Of a stretch of DNA of 64,000 nucleotides, positions 54,182-63,857 are shown in pieces. Numbering within the stretch: position 1 is the stretch's first letter; the number at the start of each line of letters is the position of its first letter. Source of the DNA: a virus. The position numbers were made by a program, and so were the translations under genes. The DNA lies in IMG/VR virus record IMGVR_UViG_3300021498_000001, positions 8,623-72,622 of that record. The stretch is one strand, 5' to 3'. Under the pieces are notes generated by a model. The model was not told the DNA's origin. It made no database searches and saw nothing but the letters and a program-made list of their open reading frames with translations.

Positions 54182-54583
54182 GTGAAATATAAAATTTTAA
54201 GTCTAATGTTAGTTTTCTTATTTCTTTTGCCTCTGAGCTGTATTTCTCATAACTCTTTCAATCTGAACCAATCCATTGAATTTTATAATAACACTATGCA
54301 ACAAGCCGATGAATTGGCAAAAGTCTTATGTGAGCACTCTGCCTTTTCTGTCTGTTTTTGGAGAAATCTATTGGGTGAAGATGTAATATCTCAGCTTCCT
54401 CATGGTGCTTATGAAGCTCTAGAGACTATTGAGAAGACGATAGAAGGCAAGAGATATGAAGACCTTACTGAATGTGAGAAAGGCACAATTCTGGCATGCT
54501 GGCTTAGATTTACAGGTATGCTTACTGCTGAAATGATGAAGAAAATGCCTTCTTGGGCAACTAAATTTATTGCTTTGTTCTAA
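54182..54583 (+). CDS. Putative lipoprotein
   Basis: MKYKILSLMLVFLFLLPLSC signal peptide with Cys; AGGAGG RBS. Confidence 0.6.
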   Translation: MKYKILSLMLVFLFLLPLSCISHNSFNLNQSIEFYNNTMQQADELAKVLCEHSAFSVCFWRNLLGEDVISQLPHGAYEALETIEKTIEGKRYEDLTECEKGTILACWLRFTGMLTAEMMKKMPSWATKFIALF

Positions 54584-54599
54584 TAGAGGTAGTAAGTAA

Positions 54600-55003
54600 A
54601 TGGCCTTATCGAATTGGGATTATGCTGCTTGGAACGAAAAAGGAGAGCCAATCCCTACTTATATTGACTGTTCTGGCACTATAATAGAACTATACAAAGA
54701 TTGGATATACATAAAAAAAGAAACCAGATAGAAAGACCTATTTCTGTATATAATGGAGAAATAGAAGGAGATGGTTTTTATCTTTATGCAGAGCGTGCTC
54801 CTCAAGATGGTATATTTGTTGCTGTTAGGGATTGGAAAACAGATAAGATATTTCTTGGCATAGGTGTATATGGTTGGGATGTATGTTGGGTTGGCATCAA
54901 GAATGAAACAAAAGAAGCCTTTATAAAATGGCTAAAATCTTTGCCTGATAAAACAATTAATTTAATTATTTCAGAAGATGAAATACCTAGGAGGCTAGAA
55001 TAA
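54600..55003 (+). pseudogene. Paralog of 641-1219 split by a -1 frameshift at an A7 run (54713-54719)
   Basis: ATG 54600 gives MALSNWDYAAWNEKGEP..IELYKDWIYIKK; the -1 frame continues as ORF 54701-55003 (GIGVYG..WVGIK..FIKWL..LP). Confidence 0.7.
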
Positions 55004-55513
55004 TTGAGATATTTGTACCTAATTAGAATAGGTAGCTTGCATTATCCAAGTCATAATTCTTTAGTATTTAAGGATTATGCAATGGCTTATGAATTTATCT
55101 CAAGTTTGATTAGTGATTTAATGAATCAAGGATTTAAAGAATGGCATTTTAAGGAGTCAATAGAGAAATTTCATGCCAATAATAGTGACCTTCAAATATG
55201 GATTGATATTGAACGAGTCATGTATATTGATTCTACTCATCTATTTCTTTCTTTATTGACTTCAATCAAAAATCCGAAAGACTTTATCGATTATCCTTGG
55301 AAGCGCAAATGGAAAGAAGAAGATATTAGAGTCCTGCCTAATCCCAAAAATCGAACATTTAAAATCGGTGATGTTGTTATGGTTACATCAGGTCTTTGGA
55401 ATGGAGCTATTGGAAAGATATTAGAAATAAGAGATAACGAATTTAAATATCGAGTTCAAATTCCAGACGGAGTGTTTGATTTCAAGGATCATGAGATTGA
55501 GTTATTAAAATAA
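55004..55513 (+). CDS. Hypothetical protein with C-terminal KOW motif
   Basis: FKIGDVVMVTSGLWNGAIGKILEI. Confidence 0.6.
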   Translation: MRYLYLIRIGSLHYPSHNSLVFKDYAMAYEFISSLISDLMNQGFKEWHFKESIEKFHANNSDLQIWIDIERVMYIDSTHLFLSLLTSIKNPKDFIDYPWKRKWKEEDIRVLPNPKNRTFKIGDVVMVTSGLWNGAIGKILEIRDNEFKYRVQIPDGVFDFKDHEIELLK

Positions 55514-55526
55514 TGGGGAGTAATGA

Positions 55527-55898
55527 ATGCCTGCAGAAATGTTTATATCCCGCATTCTAGACTGCGGCCACTATATCTGTGGCCCTTTAGAAGCCTTAAA
55601 GCATATCTCAGTTTGCCCTATATGTGAGTCTGAGGTTTCTACTGAGTATAAGCTACTAGTTGAATGTGATAAGGATAAATACAATGCACTTTGGGATGAG
55701 GAAAGACAGCAGTGGCTGATTAGAAGAAGGTGGTATAAAATTAAGCCTAGTCAGGTTACAGAGATTATGGGTTTAGTAGGATTAGAAGGTTGGGCTGTGA
55801 AAGAAGAAAAAGGCAATGTTCTGTTAGAATTAAGGCATGACAGAAGATATTGGCTGAAGCCAGAAGAGCTGGAGTTCTTGAAAGAAACATTGGATTGA
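55527..55898 (+). CDS. Hypothetical protein with Cys/His zinc-binding N-terminus
   Basis: LDCGH..CPIC. Confidence 0.55.
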   Translation: MPAEMFISRILDCGHYICGPLEALKHISVCPICESEVSTEYKLLVECDKDKYNALWDEERQQWLIRRRWYKIKPSQVTEIMGLVGLEGWAVKEEKGNVLLELRHDRRYWLKPEELEFLKETLD

Positions 55899-55993
55899 AA
55901 TTCTAACTGAGATATGCTACAATTAGGCAAATCTAACATGGGAGGTGTATTATTTCTAGCGAAGATCAAAGAGAAATTCTTTATCATGTTGAA

Positions 55994-56272
55994 ATGCCAG
56001 AGAAATACTTCCAGATTAGCAGAAAAGGAGATTATATTTACTGCACTCTGTTTGAGCATGAAATGGGTAAAATTACAAAGAAATGCATAGAAGTTGCCTA
56101 TGAGGTTGACTATGCTCAAGACTTGATTTTGAAATTAGAGGCTTCAAGACAGAATGCAGATAAGTTTGGCGCTCTTTTCATAGGCATGGTGTTAGGTTCA
56201 AACAAACAGCTTTGGGATGACACAATCAATGCATTGAAACATGGTGTTGATTTAATACTTGAAAATGCGTGA
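55994..56272 (+). CDS. Hypothetical protein
   Basis: 92-aa ORF overlapping the next gene. Confidence 0.5.
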   Translation: MPEKYFQISRKGDYIYCTLFEHEMGKITKKCIEVAYEVDYAQDLILKLEASRQNADKFGALFIGMVLGSNKQLWDDTINALKHGVDLILENA

Positions 56273-56939
56273 GCTATTGCAAAAAGCACAAAGAATATTC
56301 TTCTCTGATTCTCATATCCCAAGGAATAACTCCTTCTTTTTAGAGTGGCTTGATGCTGTAGTATCTGATTCTAAGGCAGTAGTCTATGGCATTGGTGATG
56401 TATTTGAACTTTTAGAATGCACAAGGGATGAGGTATTAGATAAAGGCAGTACAGAAATTGCTATGCTTAGAAAATTGGCAAAAGATAAAAGGCTTAAACT
56501 ATTGTGTGGCAATCATGATATAGATGCGGGCAAGTGTTTAGGCTTTCCTAGATATTTCAAGCAGGACAGAGTAGGCTATTTCATGGGAGATAAATTCTAT
56601 TGGCTTATGCATGGACACCAATTTGATTGGGTTTGCAAATATATGCCTTGGAAATGGCTTTCTAAAGTGTTGCCTTGGTTTATGACCCCAGGTAAAGCCA
56701 AGGATAAGCAGAAGGAGAAAATATATCACAATGCAGTTAATCGAGTCCTTCAAGCTATCTATAAGAAGAACATAAATATTATATTTGGCCATACTCATTG
56801 GGCAGGCATAATAGAAAGAGAAAATGGATATATCCTTGTTAATTTGGGCGATATGCTAGATAGTTGTACCTGGGCAATGCAGATTGGTAGGATTATATAT
56901 CTGTGTAGGAAATGGGACATGGTAGGAAGCGTTGCATAA
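56259..56939 (+). CDS. Calcineurin-like metallophosphoesterase (LpxH-like motif spacing)
   Basis: SDSH, GDVFE, GNHD, HGHQFD, GHTH, NLGD. Confidence 0.88.
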   Translation: MKMRELLQKAQRIFFSDSHIPRNNSFFLEWLDAVVSDSKAVVYGIGDVFELLECTRDEVLDKGSTEIAMLRKLAKDKRLKLLCGNHDIDAGKCLGFPRYFKQDRVGYFMGDKFYWLMHGHQFDWVCKYMPWKWLSKVLPWFMTPGKAKDKQKEKIYHNAVNRVLQAIYKKNINIIFGHTHWAGIIERENGYILVNLGDMLDSCTWAMQIGRIIYLCRKWDMVGSVA

Positions 56940-57029
56940 GAAGGCATCCCATATTTAATCCCAAGGGTCATAAATCACATATGTCTGGTTTCAGAAGATT
57001 TATAAAATGCAAAAGTTATCGAAAAGCCT

Positions 57030-57527
57030 TTGAAGATATTATTGAGAAGCAAATCCAGAAGCTCAATCAAGAGCTTACCCAAGATGAGAGATCCCGAGCT
57101 TCTCAAAAGAATATTTGAATTGTCCCTTACTTATGGCCATAGGCGGATCAGCCAAATCCTTAAACAAGAAGGCATACAAATAAGTAGGTCTGTTATAGAC
57201 AGGCTACTGCGACAAAGCTATCCAGATAATGTAGTACCTAAGACCTTGCAAGAAGAGAGCAGAAAGGCAAGACAGTCAAGGAAATATCGCCCTTTATCTG
57301 AGAAGAAAATAGAGAATCCATTTTGGTATGAGAAATTTAAAGAAGCTAGATTAAATGCTATTAAAGCTGTAAATGAGAATAGAAGATTAAGGAGAGAGAA
57401 TGAGAAGCTAAAGGCAAGGATTAAGAGGCTTAAAGAGGTGATTAGAGAATTAAATAAAATCAAATCAGTTGAACCTGAATGGGAATACGAAGAATATGGA
57501 AATCAACAATTCAATAAATTCTGGTAA
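57030..57527 (+). CDS. HTH plus coiled-coil protein (start probably MRDPE)
   Basis: YGHRRISQILKQEGIQISRSVIDRLL. Confidence 0.55.
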   Translation: MKILLRSKSRSSIKSLPKMRDPELLKRIFELSLTYGHRRISQILKQEGIQISRSVIDRLLRQSYPDNVVPKTLQEESRKARQSRKYRPLSEKKIENPFWYEKFKEARLNAIKAVNENRRLRRENEKLKARIKRLKEVIRELNKIKSVEPEWEYEEYGNQQFNKFW

Positions 57528-57785
57528 TTAATAATTGCCTAATTCATCAATAGCTTCACTTTCTAATTTCTTTAAATCATTATCCCAATCTTGCTTTACT
57601 AAATTAAATGCCTCTTCAATGTGCGGGTATCTTCCTTGGCTCAATAAAAAATGCATTTCTTGCCTTATTTGACTTTCAATTGATTTCCAACTTCTATTCA
57701 ATCTAAATCCAATAATCTCCATCTCAGCCAATTTCTTCTTATCCATCCATTTCAATTTTTTGAATTCACTATTAATGAAATGCAT
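57528..57785 (-). CDS. Hypothetical protein
   Basis: Packed leftward operon. Confidence 0.55.
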   Translation of the reverse strand: MHFINSEFKKLKWMDKKKLAEMEIIGFRLNRSWKSIESQIRQEMHFLLSQGRYPHIEEAFNLVKQDWDNDLKKLESEAIDELGNY

Positions 57786-57991
57786 TACTCTATCACCTCA
57801 CAATAAAATGACCTCTCAACACCATCTCTATTATCTTCATCAAAGAATTCTAGATTGAAAAAGCCCTTTAATCCAACTCTTAAATCTTCTGGATGATAAA
57901 TATCGCCCTTCTTATCGGATGGAATCCAAATTGTTCTTACACCAAATTGTTTAAGCAATTTTATGCTTATTTTAGGATATTTTTGAGTCAT
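57785..57991 (-). CDS. Hypothetical protein
   Basis: GGAGG RBS; stop/start overlap. Confidence 0.55.
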   Translation of the reverse strand: MTQKYPKISIKLLKQFGVRTIWIPSDKKGDIYHPEDLRVGLKGFFNLEFFDEDNRDGVERSFYCEVIE

Positions 57992-58001
57992 GTCTTCCTC
58001 C

Positions 58002-58301
58002 CTATTGATTGAATTTCAATATCTTATTCCCGCTTTTAATATACAATACCCTTCCCAATGGAATCATTCTATATCCTTCTTTATCCAAATCATAAGCCAC
58101 TAGCAAATTGTAATCCTCAGGATTAAATCTCATTCCAATGCCTTTCACATATTTTTTCACATTCAATCTGCACCGCATATGCCTGATTGTGCCATCTTTC
58201 TTTTCAAATACAACATTGAAAATCGCACCATTTCTAGCAATCATATTGATAAAATCTTTGACTATTTGGGCTTTGTCCATGCTAGTCCTCATAAATCTCA
58301 A
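58002..58301 (-). CDS. SH3-like beta-barrel (WYL-like) protein
   Basis: FNVVFEKKDGTIRHM..LVAYDLDKEGYRMIPL. Confidence 0.6.
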   Translation of the reverse strand: MRFMRTSMDKAQIVKDFINMIARNGAIFNVVFEKKDGTIRHMRCRLNVKKYVKGIGMRFNPEDYNLLVAYDLDKEGYRMIPLGRVLYIKSGNKILKFNQ

Positions 58302-58467
58302 TATACTCTATCTGACCTGTTGCCTTAATCCTCTTCTTGACCTTGTCATTAATGAGAAAATCTATTTGCCAATATGGGCCCTCATCATTAGGGGGCCAAA
58401 CTTTGGCTTCTTCAAAATCTATGCCCTTGAAATATGTCTTGCCATTGATTGTGATTTTCTGATACAT
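58282..58467 (-). CDS. Hypothetical protein
   Basis: GGAGGT RBS. Confidence 0.55.
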   Translation of the reverse strand: MYQKITINGKTYFKGIDFEEAKVWPPNDEGPYWQIDFLINDKVKKRIKATGQIEYIEIYED

Positions 58468-58477
58468 TATTACCTCC

Positions 58478-58714
58478 CTAAGGATTAATCATCCCCTCTT
58501 CATCCCAACATGCTCCACAATCCTCGCAATTCCATGTCTCAGTCCTTTTATCATAATCAAAATTAGCACTACCACATTCAGGACATTCCTCAAAATCCCA
58601 AGGATTCCATTCAAATCCTTTTCTTGCAATCTCATCACCCTGTCTTAAATATGCATCTCTAATCTCAATTACTAATTCACTTAATCCGTTTAAAGTTTTA
58701 GCTATCTCTCTCAT
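58478..58714 (-). CDS. Zinc-ribbon protein
   Basis: CPECGS..WNCEDCG; AAGGAGGT RBS. Confidence 0.65.
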   Translation of the reverse strand: MREIAKTLNGLSELVIEIRDAYLRQGDEIARKGFEWNPWDFEECPECGSANFDYDKRTETWNCEDCGACWDEEGMINP

Positions 58715-58733
58715 CCTTAACCTCCTTGGTTAA

Positions 58734-58762
58734 ATTATAATACATGTTTAAATATATGTCAA
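58734..58762 (-). promoter_or_regulatory. Perfect consensus sigma70 promoter (TTGACA-17-TATAAT)
   Basis: -35 at 58757-58762, -10 at 58734-58739; divergent TTGACT at 58789-58794. Confidence 0.85.
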
Positions 58763-58882
58763 GCCCTAAAATGCATGTTTAAGCTAAATTGACTAAATTT
58801 TATATTGTGCTATTATACTCACATGTCAACATATCCACTTCCTTGCTCATGATATAATCACCTAATACAAGGAGGCTTTAAC

Positions 58883-59146
58883 ATGCCAAATCGCCTGATT
58901 TATACTGCAAAAACAAGAGAGGGAGAAAAAGTAACTCTGTATCCTCCTAAGCTCCATACTTTTGAACAAATCTCAAACTATCTTTCCTTTATATGCAAGC
59001 AAGTGGAGAAAGGTCTAATCTCAGAGTCTCAGGCAGCGACTATTAAGGACTTGCTTTCTATTGCTATTGAGATTGTGCGGAGAAAGAAAGAGTTTGAGAA
59101 ATACGATGAGGTGTTGGCCTTTAAGGAAAGAGAGGAAGAAGAATAA
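58883..59146 (+). CDS. Hypothetical protein
   Basis: AAGGAGG RBS; has its own promoter and terminator. Confidence 0.65.
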   Translation: MPNRLIYTAKTREGEKVTLYPPKLHTFEQISNYLSFICKQVEKGLISESQAATIKDLLSIAIEIVRRKKEFEKYDEVLAFKEREEEE

Positions 59147-59175
59147 AAAAGCCCATGCCATAAAGACACGGGCTT
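59145..59175. terminator. Hairpin between convergent genes
   Basis: AAGCCC/GGGCTT stem with an A-tract on the left (U-tract on the minus strand). Confidence 0.55.
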
Positions 59176-59191
59176 GAATGGCTATTTGACA

Positions 59192-59404
59192 TCATCGTTT
59201 TAACAATTCAATCTCTCCATTCTCTCTTTTCATTGCAATTACAATCGGATCATATCTCTTTATGCAATCCTCTATTTGTGCCAAAATCGTTCTTACATCT
59301 GAGACAAATACCTCACAATCAATTAATTTGCTATTTGGAAATTGAGACAGAATGTCATTTCTTTCAATGTCTGTGAATTCGCCTATTAGGATTATGTTAC
59401 TCAT
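59192..59404 (-). CDS. Hypothetical protein
   Basis: 70-aa ORF coupled to the upstream gene. Confidence 0.5.
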   Translation of the reverse strand: MSNIILIGEFTDIERNDILSQFPNSKLIDCEVFVSDVRTILAQIEDCIKRYDPIVIAMKRENGEIELLKR

Positions 59405-60167
59405 CTTTAATCAAACTCATCACACCATAATATACTTTCTCATGTGCTTTACATCTCTTCCAAAATGTAAATGGTTTTTCTTTATACCAAATTATAATAC
59501 GGTCTTCAAATCCAGTATAAATAAAATCAATTGCTCTAGTAGGCTTAATCAATAAATCATGGTATTTTAAATTAAGAATCCAAGGAAAATTATAACTGCT
59601 CATCATTAATGAACTCTCAATTGCATGTTTAGGGCAATCTACATATTTATGATATTTTTCATGCAATCTTTTACACCATTCACAATGCTCATGATCCCAT
59701 GCATTTACAGGAATATGATTGGGGTCAATGTCTTTTAAGTAATATCTTTTAAATCCCCGATAAATTCCAAATAGATTATCTTCTAATAGTCTATACCCAT
59801 CAAATGTTTGATCTCCATCTGATTTTTTCCATCCAAAATTAGGCACAAATAGCCAATATTCATGATTCCTGCATGAGATAGAATTCCTGTAATCTAGCAA
59901 TTCATAAAATACAAAGCATTTATATGTCAAAAGGGGTAGGAAATTGAGACCATGTACATGAATCTCAGGAAAATTATGCTTTCTTAAATAGTCAATTGCC
60001 CATTGCTCATCATCAAATGTAGGACTGAATAGAAATGACATCCATTTAATGGCATCATTGCAATCTAATTTTTGAGATTTACCAGCAAAAATCCTTCCTA
60101 TTTGCATATGAAAAACCTCCTTATAATTCAATGAGCTTGAATGACTATTTAAATTACTTTGAATCAC
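59397..60167 (-). CDS. Hypothetical protein (true start probably MQIGR after AAGGAGG)
   Basis: HCEWC..CPKH motif. Confidence 0.6.
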   Translation of the reverse strand: MIQSNLNSHSSSLNYKEVFHMQIGRIFAGKSQKLDCNDAIKWMSFLFSPTFDDEQWAIDYLRKHNFPEIHVHGLNFLPLLTYKCFVFYELLDYRNSISCRNHEYWLFVPNFGWKKSDGDQTFDGYRLLEDNLFGIYRGFKRYYLKDIDPNHIPVNAWDHEHCEWCKRLHEKYHKYVDCPKHAIESSLMMSSYNFPWILNLKYHDLLIKPTRAIDFIYTGFEDRIIIWYKEKPFTFWKRCKAHEKVYYGVMSLIKDE

Positions 60168-60238
60168 TATTTGAAATATTATTCAAATCGGCGGGACAAT
60201 AAGAAATGCCTTTCAATAATAAGATAAATCTTTCAATC

Positions 60239-60580
60239 CTATTTGTCAATTCTATTTCTTGCAGGGCAATCTCCATACAATAAATTACAAGAATCACAAT
60301 CTCCATTTGAAATGCATCCTTTAATTGGATTAACTAATAATCCTATTTGCTTTGCAATCCTTGCCAATCCAGCATTATTAGTTTTAATATAGCTTTCATA
60401 TGGCCAATGCTCCTTTGCCTCTTCAATCCTAAATCCTCCGCTAATCCAATCATGGATTACAGATAAAAATCTAAGGCATTTGTTTAATTCGTCCTTATTT
60501 ACAAATAAAATATCCTCATCTTGCTCAATGTAGATATAAATTTCATATCCCTCCCCTTTTAAGACTAAATACCTTTCCAT
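60239..60580 (-). CDS. Hypothetical protein with C-terminal Cys cluster
   Basis: CISNGDCDSC..CP; AGGAGGT RBS. Confidence 0.6.
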   Translation of the reverse strand: MERYLVLKGEGYEIYIYIEQDEDILFVNKDELNKCLRFLSVIHDWISGGFRIEEAKEHWPYESYIKTNNAGLARIAKQIGLLVNPIKGCISNGDCDSCNLLYGDCPARNRIDK

Positions 60581-60593
60581 TTTAACCTCCTAT

Positions 60594-60857
60594 TTAATGC
60601 CTAATGCAAAGTATATAATCATTCAATTTTGGGTCAAATATAGATACAGATTTACATACATGCGCTAATTTATGCCCTAATACTAATGCCATTCCTGTGG
60701 TAATCCTTCCAAATATTTTAATATCCTTGCCATATAATTGGCCGCTATCTATCAATGCGTCAATCTCACTATTTGTCATATCAATTAAATCTTTCTGGGA
60801 TAATCCTTGAGGCAATGAAATTTTTAATATATCTTCTTCTAGAGTAAAGAGAGACAT
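60594..60857 (-). CDS. Csx3/Crn3-like cyclic oligoadenylate ring nuclease
   Basis: 87 aa; IKIFGR..(helix)LGHKLAH..VSIFDPKL..CIRH matches the Csx3 pattern GR..L.H..H..(Y/F)DP(R/K)L..H. Confidence 0.7.
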   Translation of the reverse strand: MSLFTLEEDILKISLPQGLSQKDLIDMTNSEIDALIDSGQLYGKDIKIFGRITTGMALVLGHKLAHVCKSVSIFDPKLNDYILCIRH

Positions 60858-61043
60858 TTATACCTTCCTTGGCAATATCAATCTTCTGTAATTCTTAAAT
60901 ATACATCTTTTGCTATTTAAATACTGAATCTTTACTAATCCATAAGACCAGTTAATTGCCAATATCTTGGCTTTTCGGCCTTTAGAAATCACAATGTCTC
61001 CAATATTTAGATTTAAGAAATCTCTTCTATTCATACTAATACC

Positions 61044-61397
61044 CTATTTAGGAAAATGAAAATAAGCCCTTTCAAATACCTTGCTTCCATCCTTCTCAAT
61101 CTCAAAATAGCTATTTACAAAATATATCTTGTCTGTACTTAAATCCCTCAATCCCAAGAAATTATTAACTCTGCCTTCAATCTTTAAATCGTGCCCAATC
61201 TTCTGCCTTAATTCCTCTATTGCCCTATTTGTCCATAACTCAATCAAATCATTTATCAATTTTTGATAATCAAGGCAATCTTTAGGAAAATCGTAAATCT
61301 CTTTGCCTATTTGAATTTGTATCAAATCCTTAGTAATAAGAATGCGGTCTATCTGGTCAATTGAAATATCAGGCGTTCTTTGTGCTATTTGAGGCAT
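61044..61397 (-). CDS. Hypothetical protein
   Basis: 117-aa ORF; GGAGG RBS. Confidence 0.55.
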   Translation of the reverse strand: MPQIAQRTPDISIDQIDRILITKDLIQIQIGKEIYDFPKDCLDYQKLINDLIELWTNRAIEELRQKIGHDLKIEGRVNNFLGLRDLSTDKIYFVNSYFEIEKDGSKVFERAYFHFPK

Positions 61398-61740
61398 TGA
61401 TAACCTCCCTCAAAATCTTTTCATGCTTTTCAATCCCTTTCTTCAATGCCTCTAATGCCTCATTATAATCGTCAAATACTTTCGTAAATCCTAATTGTTG
61501 CCTTTCCCTATTTGGCAATGTTAAGCTAATCTCTACAATGTACCATTTACCTTGACTTGACTCAATAGAGGCATACAATCCGTCAATCAATCCAGGCCAA
61601 TATAAATTTTTGACTCGGTGGCTATATACTGCGTATTCATATCCACCTTCTAATTTGTGAATAGTTTGTAATACCAATGTTTGTGGATGTTTGAATGCTA
61701 CATATCTTGTAGGATATTCACAAGTTTTAATTATTTTCAT
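61369..61740 (-). CDS. Hypothetical protein
   Basis: AAGGAG RBS; ATGA overlap. Confidence 0.6.
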   Translation of the reverse strand: MKIIKTCEYPTRYVAFKHPQTLVLQTIHKLEGGYEYAVYSHRVKNLYWPGLIDGLYASIESSQGKWYIVEISLTLPNRERQQLGFTKVFDDYNEALEALKKGIEKHEKILREVINASNSTKNA

Positions 61741-62210
61741 TTCTTGTCTCCTTTCAGAAATTTTTTAATTGCTTGCCTCAATGTTCCTTTCCAATAAAGC
61801 TTTAATTTAGTAGAATCGGGATTTTTGTAAAAATCCAAATAAGGTATATAAATCTCTATTAGCCAAGAATTGTTGGCATTTTTATGAGGCTTAATTTTGT
61901 AGAAATATGCAATATCTCCATGCCAATCTTCTTTATTGCATATTCCATAATGTAAGAAATAATAACCTCGATTAAATACTTGTTTATCCTCTTTTTGATC
62001 TTCTAAATACTCATTTAATTTACACCAGAAAATGAAATTAGCCGCCAAATAACTGGCGTCAAATCTATTTGCCCAAACTTTGCTATTTGAAAGGGCATTG
62101 TATAAATTGGCTAAATCCTTAATCACACCGCTTGGGTATCCGTCACAGTGACGATAAACCCAAGCCTCTTCATATTCATCTATAAAGGCTATTTGGCACC
62201 TTGTAGACAT
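61737..62210 (-). CDS. Conserved phage hypothetical protein (MSTR..YxHxDGYP type)
   Basis: GGAGGT RBS before MSTRCQI; VYRHCDGYPSG; HGDIAYFY. Confidence 0.65.
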   Translation of the reverse strand: MSTRCQIAFIDEYEEAWVYRHCDGYPSGVIKDLANLYNALSNSKVWANRFDASYLAANFIFWCKLNEYLEDQKEDKQVFNRGYYFLHYGICNKEDWHGDIAYFYKIKPHKNANNSWLIEIYIPYLDFYKNPDSTKLKLYWKGTLRQAIKKFLKGDKK

Positions 62211-62226
62211 TGGTAACCTCCATAAA

Positions 62227-62637
62227 TTACAATGGATTGACATTGACAATGAGTAAGTGCCTTTTATCTGAAAAATCATCGTAATAACTGCCTATTAAAT
62301 CCTTGTATTTATTAAAAATCATCTTTTCAATCTCTGTTTCAATCTCTGTTAATTGTATATTTCTGCTTATTTCCCATACAATAGAATATTTCTTATAATT
62401 GCTATTTGAATAAAGCCATGTCTCAATCTCTTTATAAGGCTTCTTGCCCAAATTTATCAATTCGTCTGTATCCCAATCTTTCACCCACCAATCATTTACA
62501 ATATTTGTGTAAATTTTAATCTCCCATGAACCATATTTATTTAATCTGGTCTTAATTTTAATAATCTTGCTATTAAATCGGCTTTTAATCATTCTTTTAA
62601 TTTCGTTGCCTATTTGTTGCATTTGGCCTTTGGGCAT
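62227..62637 (-). CDS. Hypothetical protein
   Basis: GGAGGT RBS, 136 aa. Confidence 0.6.
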   Translation of the reverse strand: MPKGQMQQIGNEIKRMIKSRFNSKIIKIKTRLNKYGSWEIKIYTNIVNDWWVKDWDTDELINLGKKPYKEIETWLYSNSNYKKYSIVWEISRNIQLTEIETEIEKMIFNKYKDLIGSYYDDFSDKRHLLIVNVNPL

Positions 62638-62729
62638 CGGTAAACCTCCAATAATCTAAATGCTATTTAATGCTATTTAATTGAATAGCTAATTAAGAAT
62701 CTAAGAATGGAGGGATAATAAGACAAATG

Positions 62730-62761
62730 AAAAAAAGCCCAGGGCAGAGAAACCCTGGGCT
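62730..62761 (-). terminator. Rho-independent terminator
   Basis: AGCCCAGGG/CCCTGGGCT stem followed by a T-tract on the minus strand. Confidence 0.8.
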
Positions 62762-62767
62762 GGAAGG

Positions 62768-63103
62768 CTAAATAAGAAAATCAAGTGGTACCTGTATTCT
62801 CTCCTCTACAGGAGCAGGAAGGAACCTTTTGGGCAAGAACTTGATCCTTTTAAACCCAGAATATTTAGCAAGTATTTGTTGCGCTAAATCTTTTGACACA
62901 AAACGCAAACGTGGAGAGAATGCTACTAATAAGATTTCCTTTTCTTGCCCTGTGATAGAGTCAACATACATTCGTATTGGAATAGTAGACCAAGAGTTTT
63001 TTGGCTTTTTGGTCTCAGGAGTTTCTGGAGCAGAAAGTTTAGGAATGTTGGCAGAATCTTGAGGCTTAAAACCTCTAAAATACTCTCCTAACTTGTAAGC
63101 CAT
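62768..63103 (-). CDS. Hypothetical protein
   Basis: GGGAGGTG RBS; followed by a terminator. Confidence 0.6.
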   Translation of the reverse strand: MAYKLGEYFRGFKPQDSANIPKLSAPETPETKKPKNSWSTIPIRMYVDSITGQEKEILLVAFSPRLRFVSKDLAQQILAKYSGFKRIKFLPKRFLPAPVEERIQVPLDFLI

Positions 63104-63176
63104 CTTACACCTCCCATTTAGACTGGCCTTGAAGTTTAAGGGCTTATGCCCACCAGTCTTTTATTCAAATAAAAAA

Positions 63177-63710
63177 CTAATCTAGCTTAACGCCCAGAAA
63201 AACAGCTGTAGCAATAATCTTTTCACCACTACTCTTTCTTAAAACGTCTTCTATTCGCCTGCGGATTTTGGCTATATCTAAGGATTCCTTTGGTATATAG
63301 ATGTTGGCATTATAATGTTCATCGGCTTGGTACTCCCATGTACAATAACTAAAGTCTTTAACAATGAACGCCTTAATGGCTTCCAACTGTATGCTCCTTT
63401 CTTTAAGATATTCCGCTACAGTCATACCTTCATTATCCCATTGGTCACCCGACCCAGTGCTACCAGAATCATCATAAGGAACCTCATACAATTTTCCTTG
63501 CTTGGTTAAAACATAAATTTTTACTCCTTCAGCCCTAGTACCATCCGACCAAGAATAACCATCACGCCAACCCTTCATTGTTAAAATCTTCCTTATTTTT
63601 TCTTTGCCAACTTGGTAAGTCCTCACCTTCCAATCATCATCTTTAAGTGCTTCTATAACATCCCTCAATGTTACATTAGTTTTGTAAAATAACTCATCAA
63701 AACGGTACAT
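63177..63710 (-). CDS. Hypothetical protein
   Basis: AAGGAGG RBS, 177 aa. Confidence 0.65.
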   Translation of the reverse strand: MYRFDELFYKTNVTLRDVIEALKDDDWKVRTYQVGKEKIRKILTMKGWRDGYSWSDGTRAEGVKIYVLTKQGKLYEVPYDDSGSTGSGDQWDNEGMTVAEYLKERSIQLEAIKAFIVKDFSYCTWEYQADEHYNANIYIPKESLDIAKIRRRIEDVLRKSSGEKIIATAVFLGVKLD

Positions 63711-63813
63711 CTTTTCCCTCCTTCCCCTTCCCTTGCCTCCTAGGCGGTGGCTTGGGAAGGAGTTTGACTGGCGTTAAAACTTTAAAGGGTTATCCCTACC
63801 AGCCATTTTTGAT

Positions 63814-63857
63814 AAAACAAAAAAGGCCAGCCAACATTGCGTTTGCATCGACTGGCC
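63814..63857 (-). terminator. Terminator-like hairpin in the leader of the leftward region
   Basis: GGCCAGTCGA...TTGGCTGGCC stem (with G-U pairs) followed by TTTTTTGTTTT. Confidence 0.6.
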
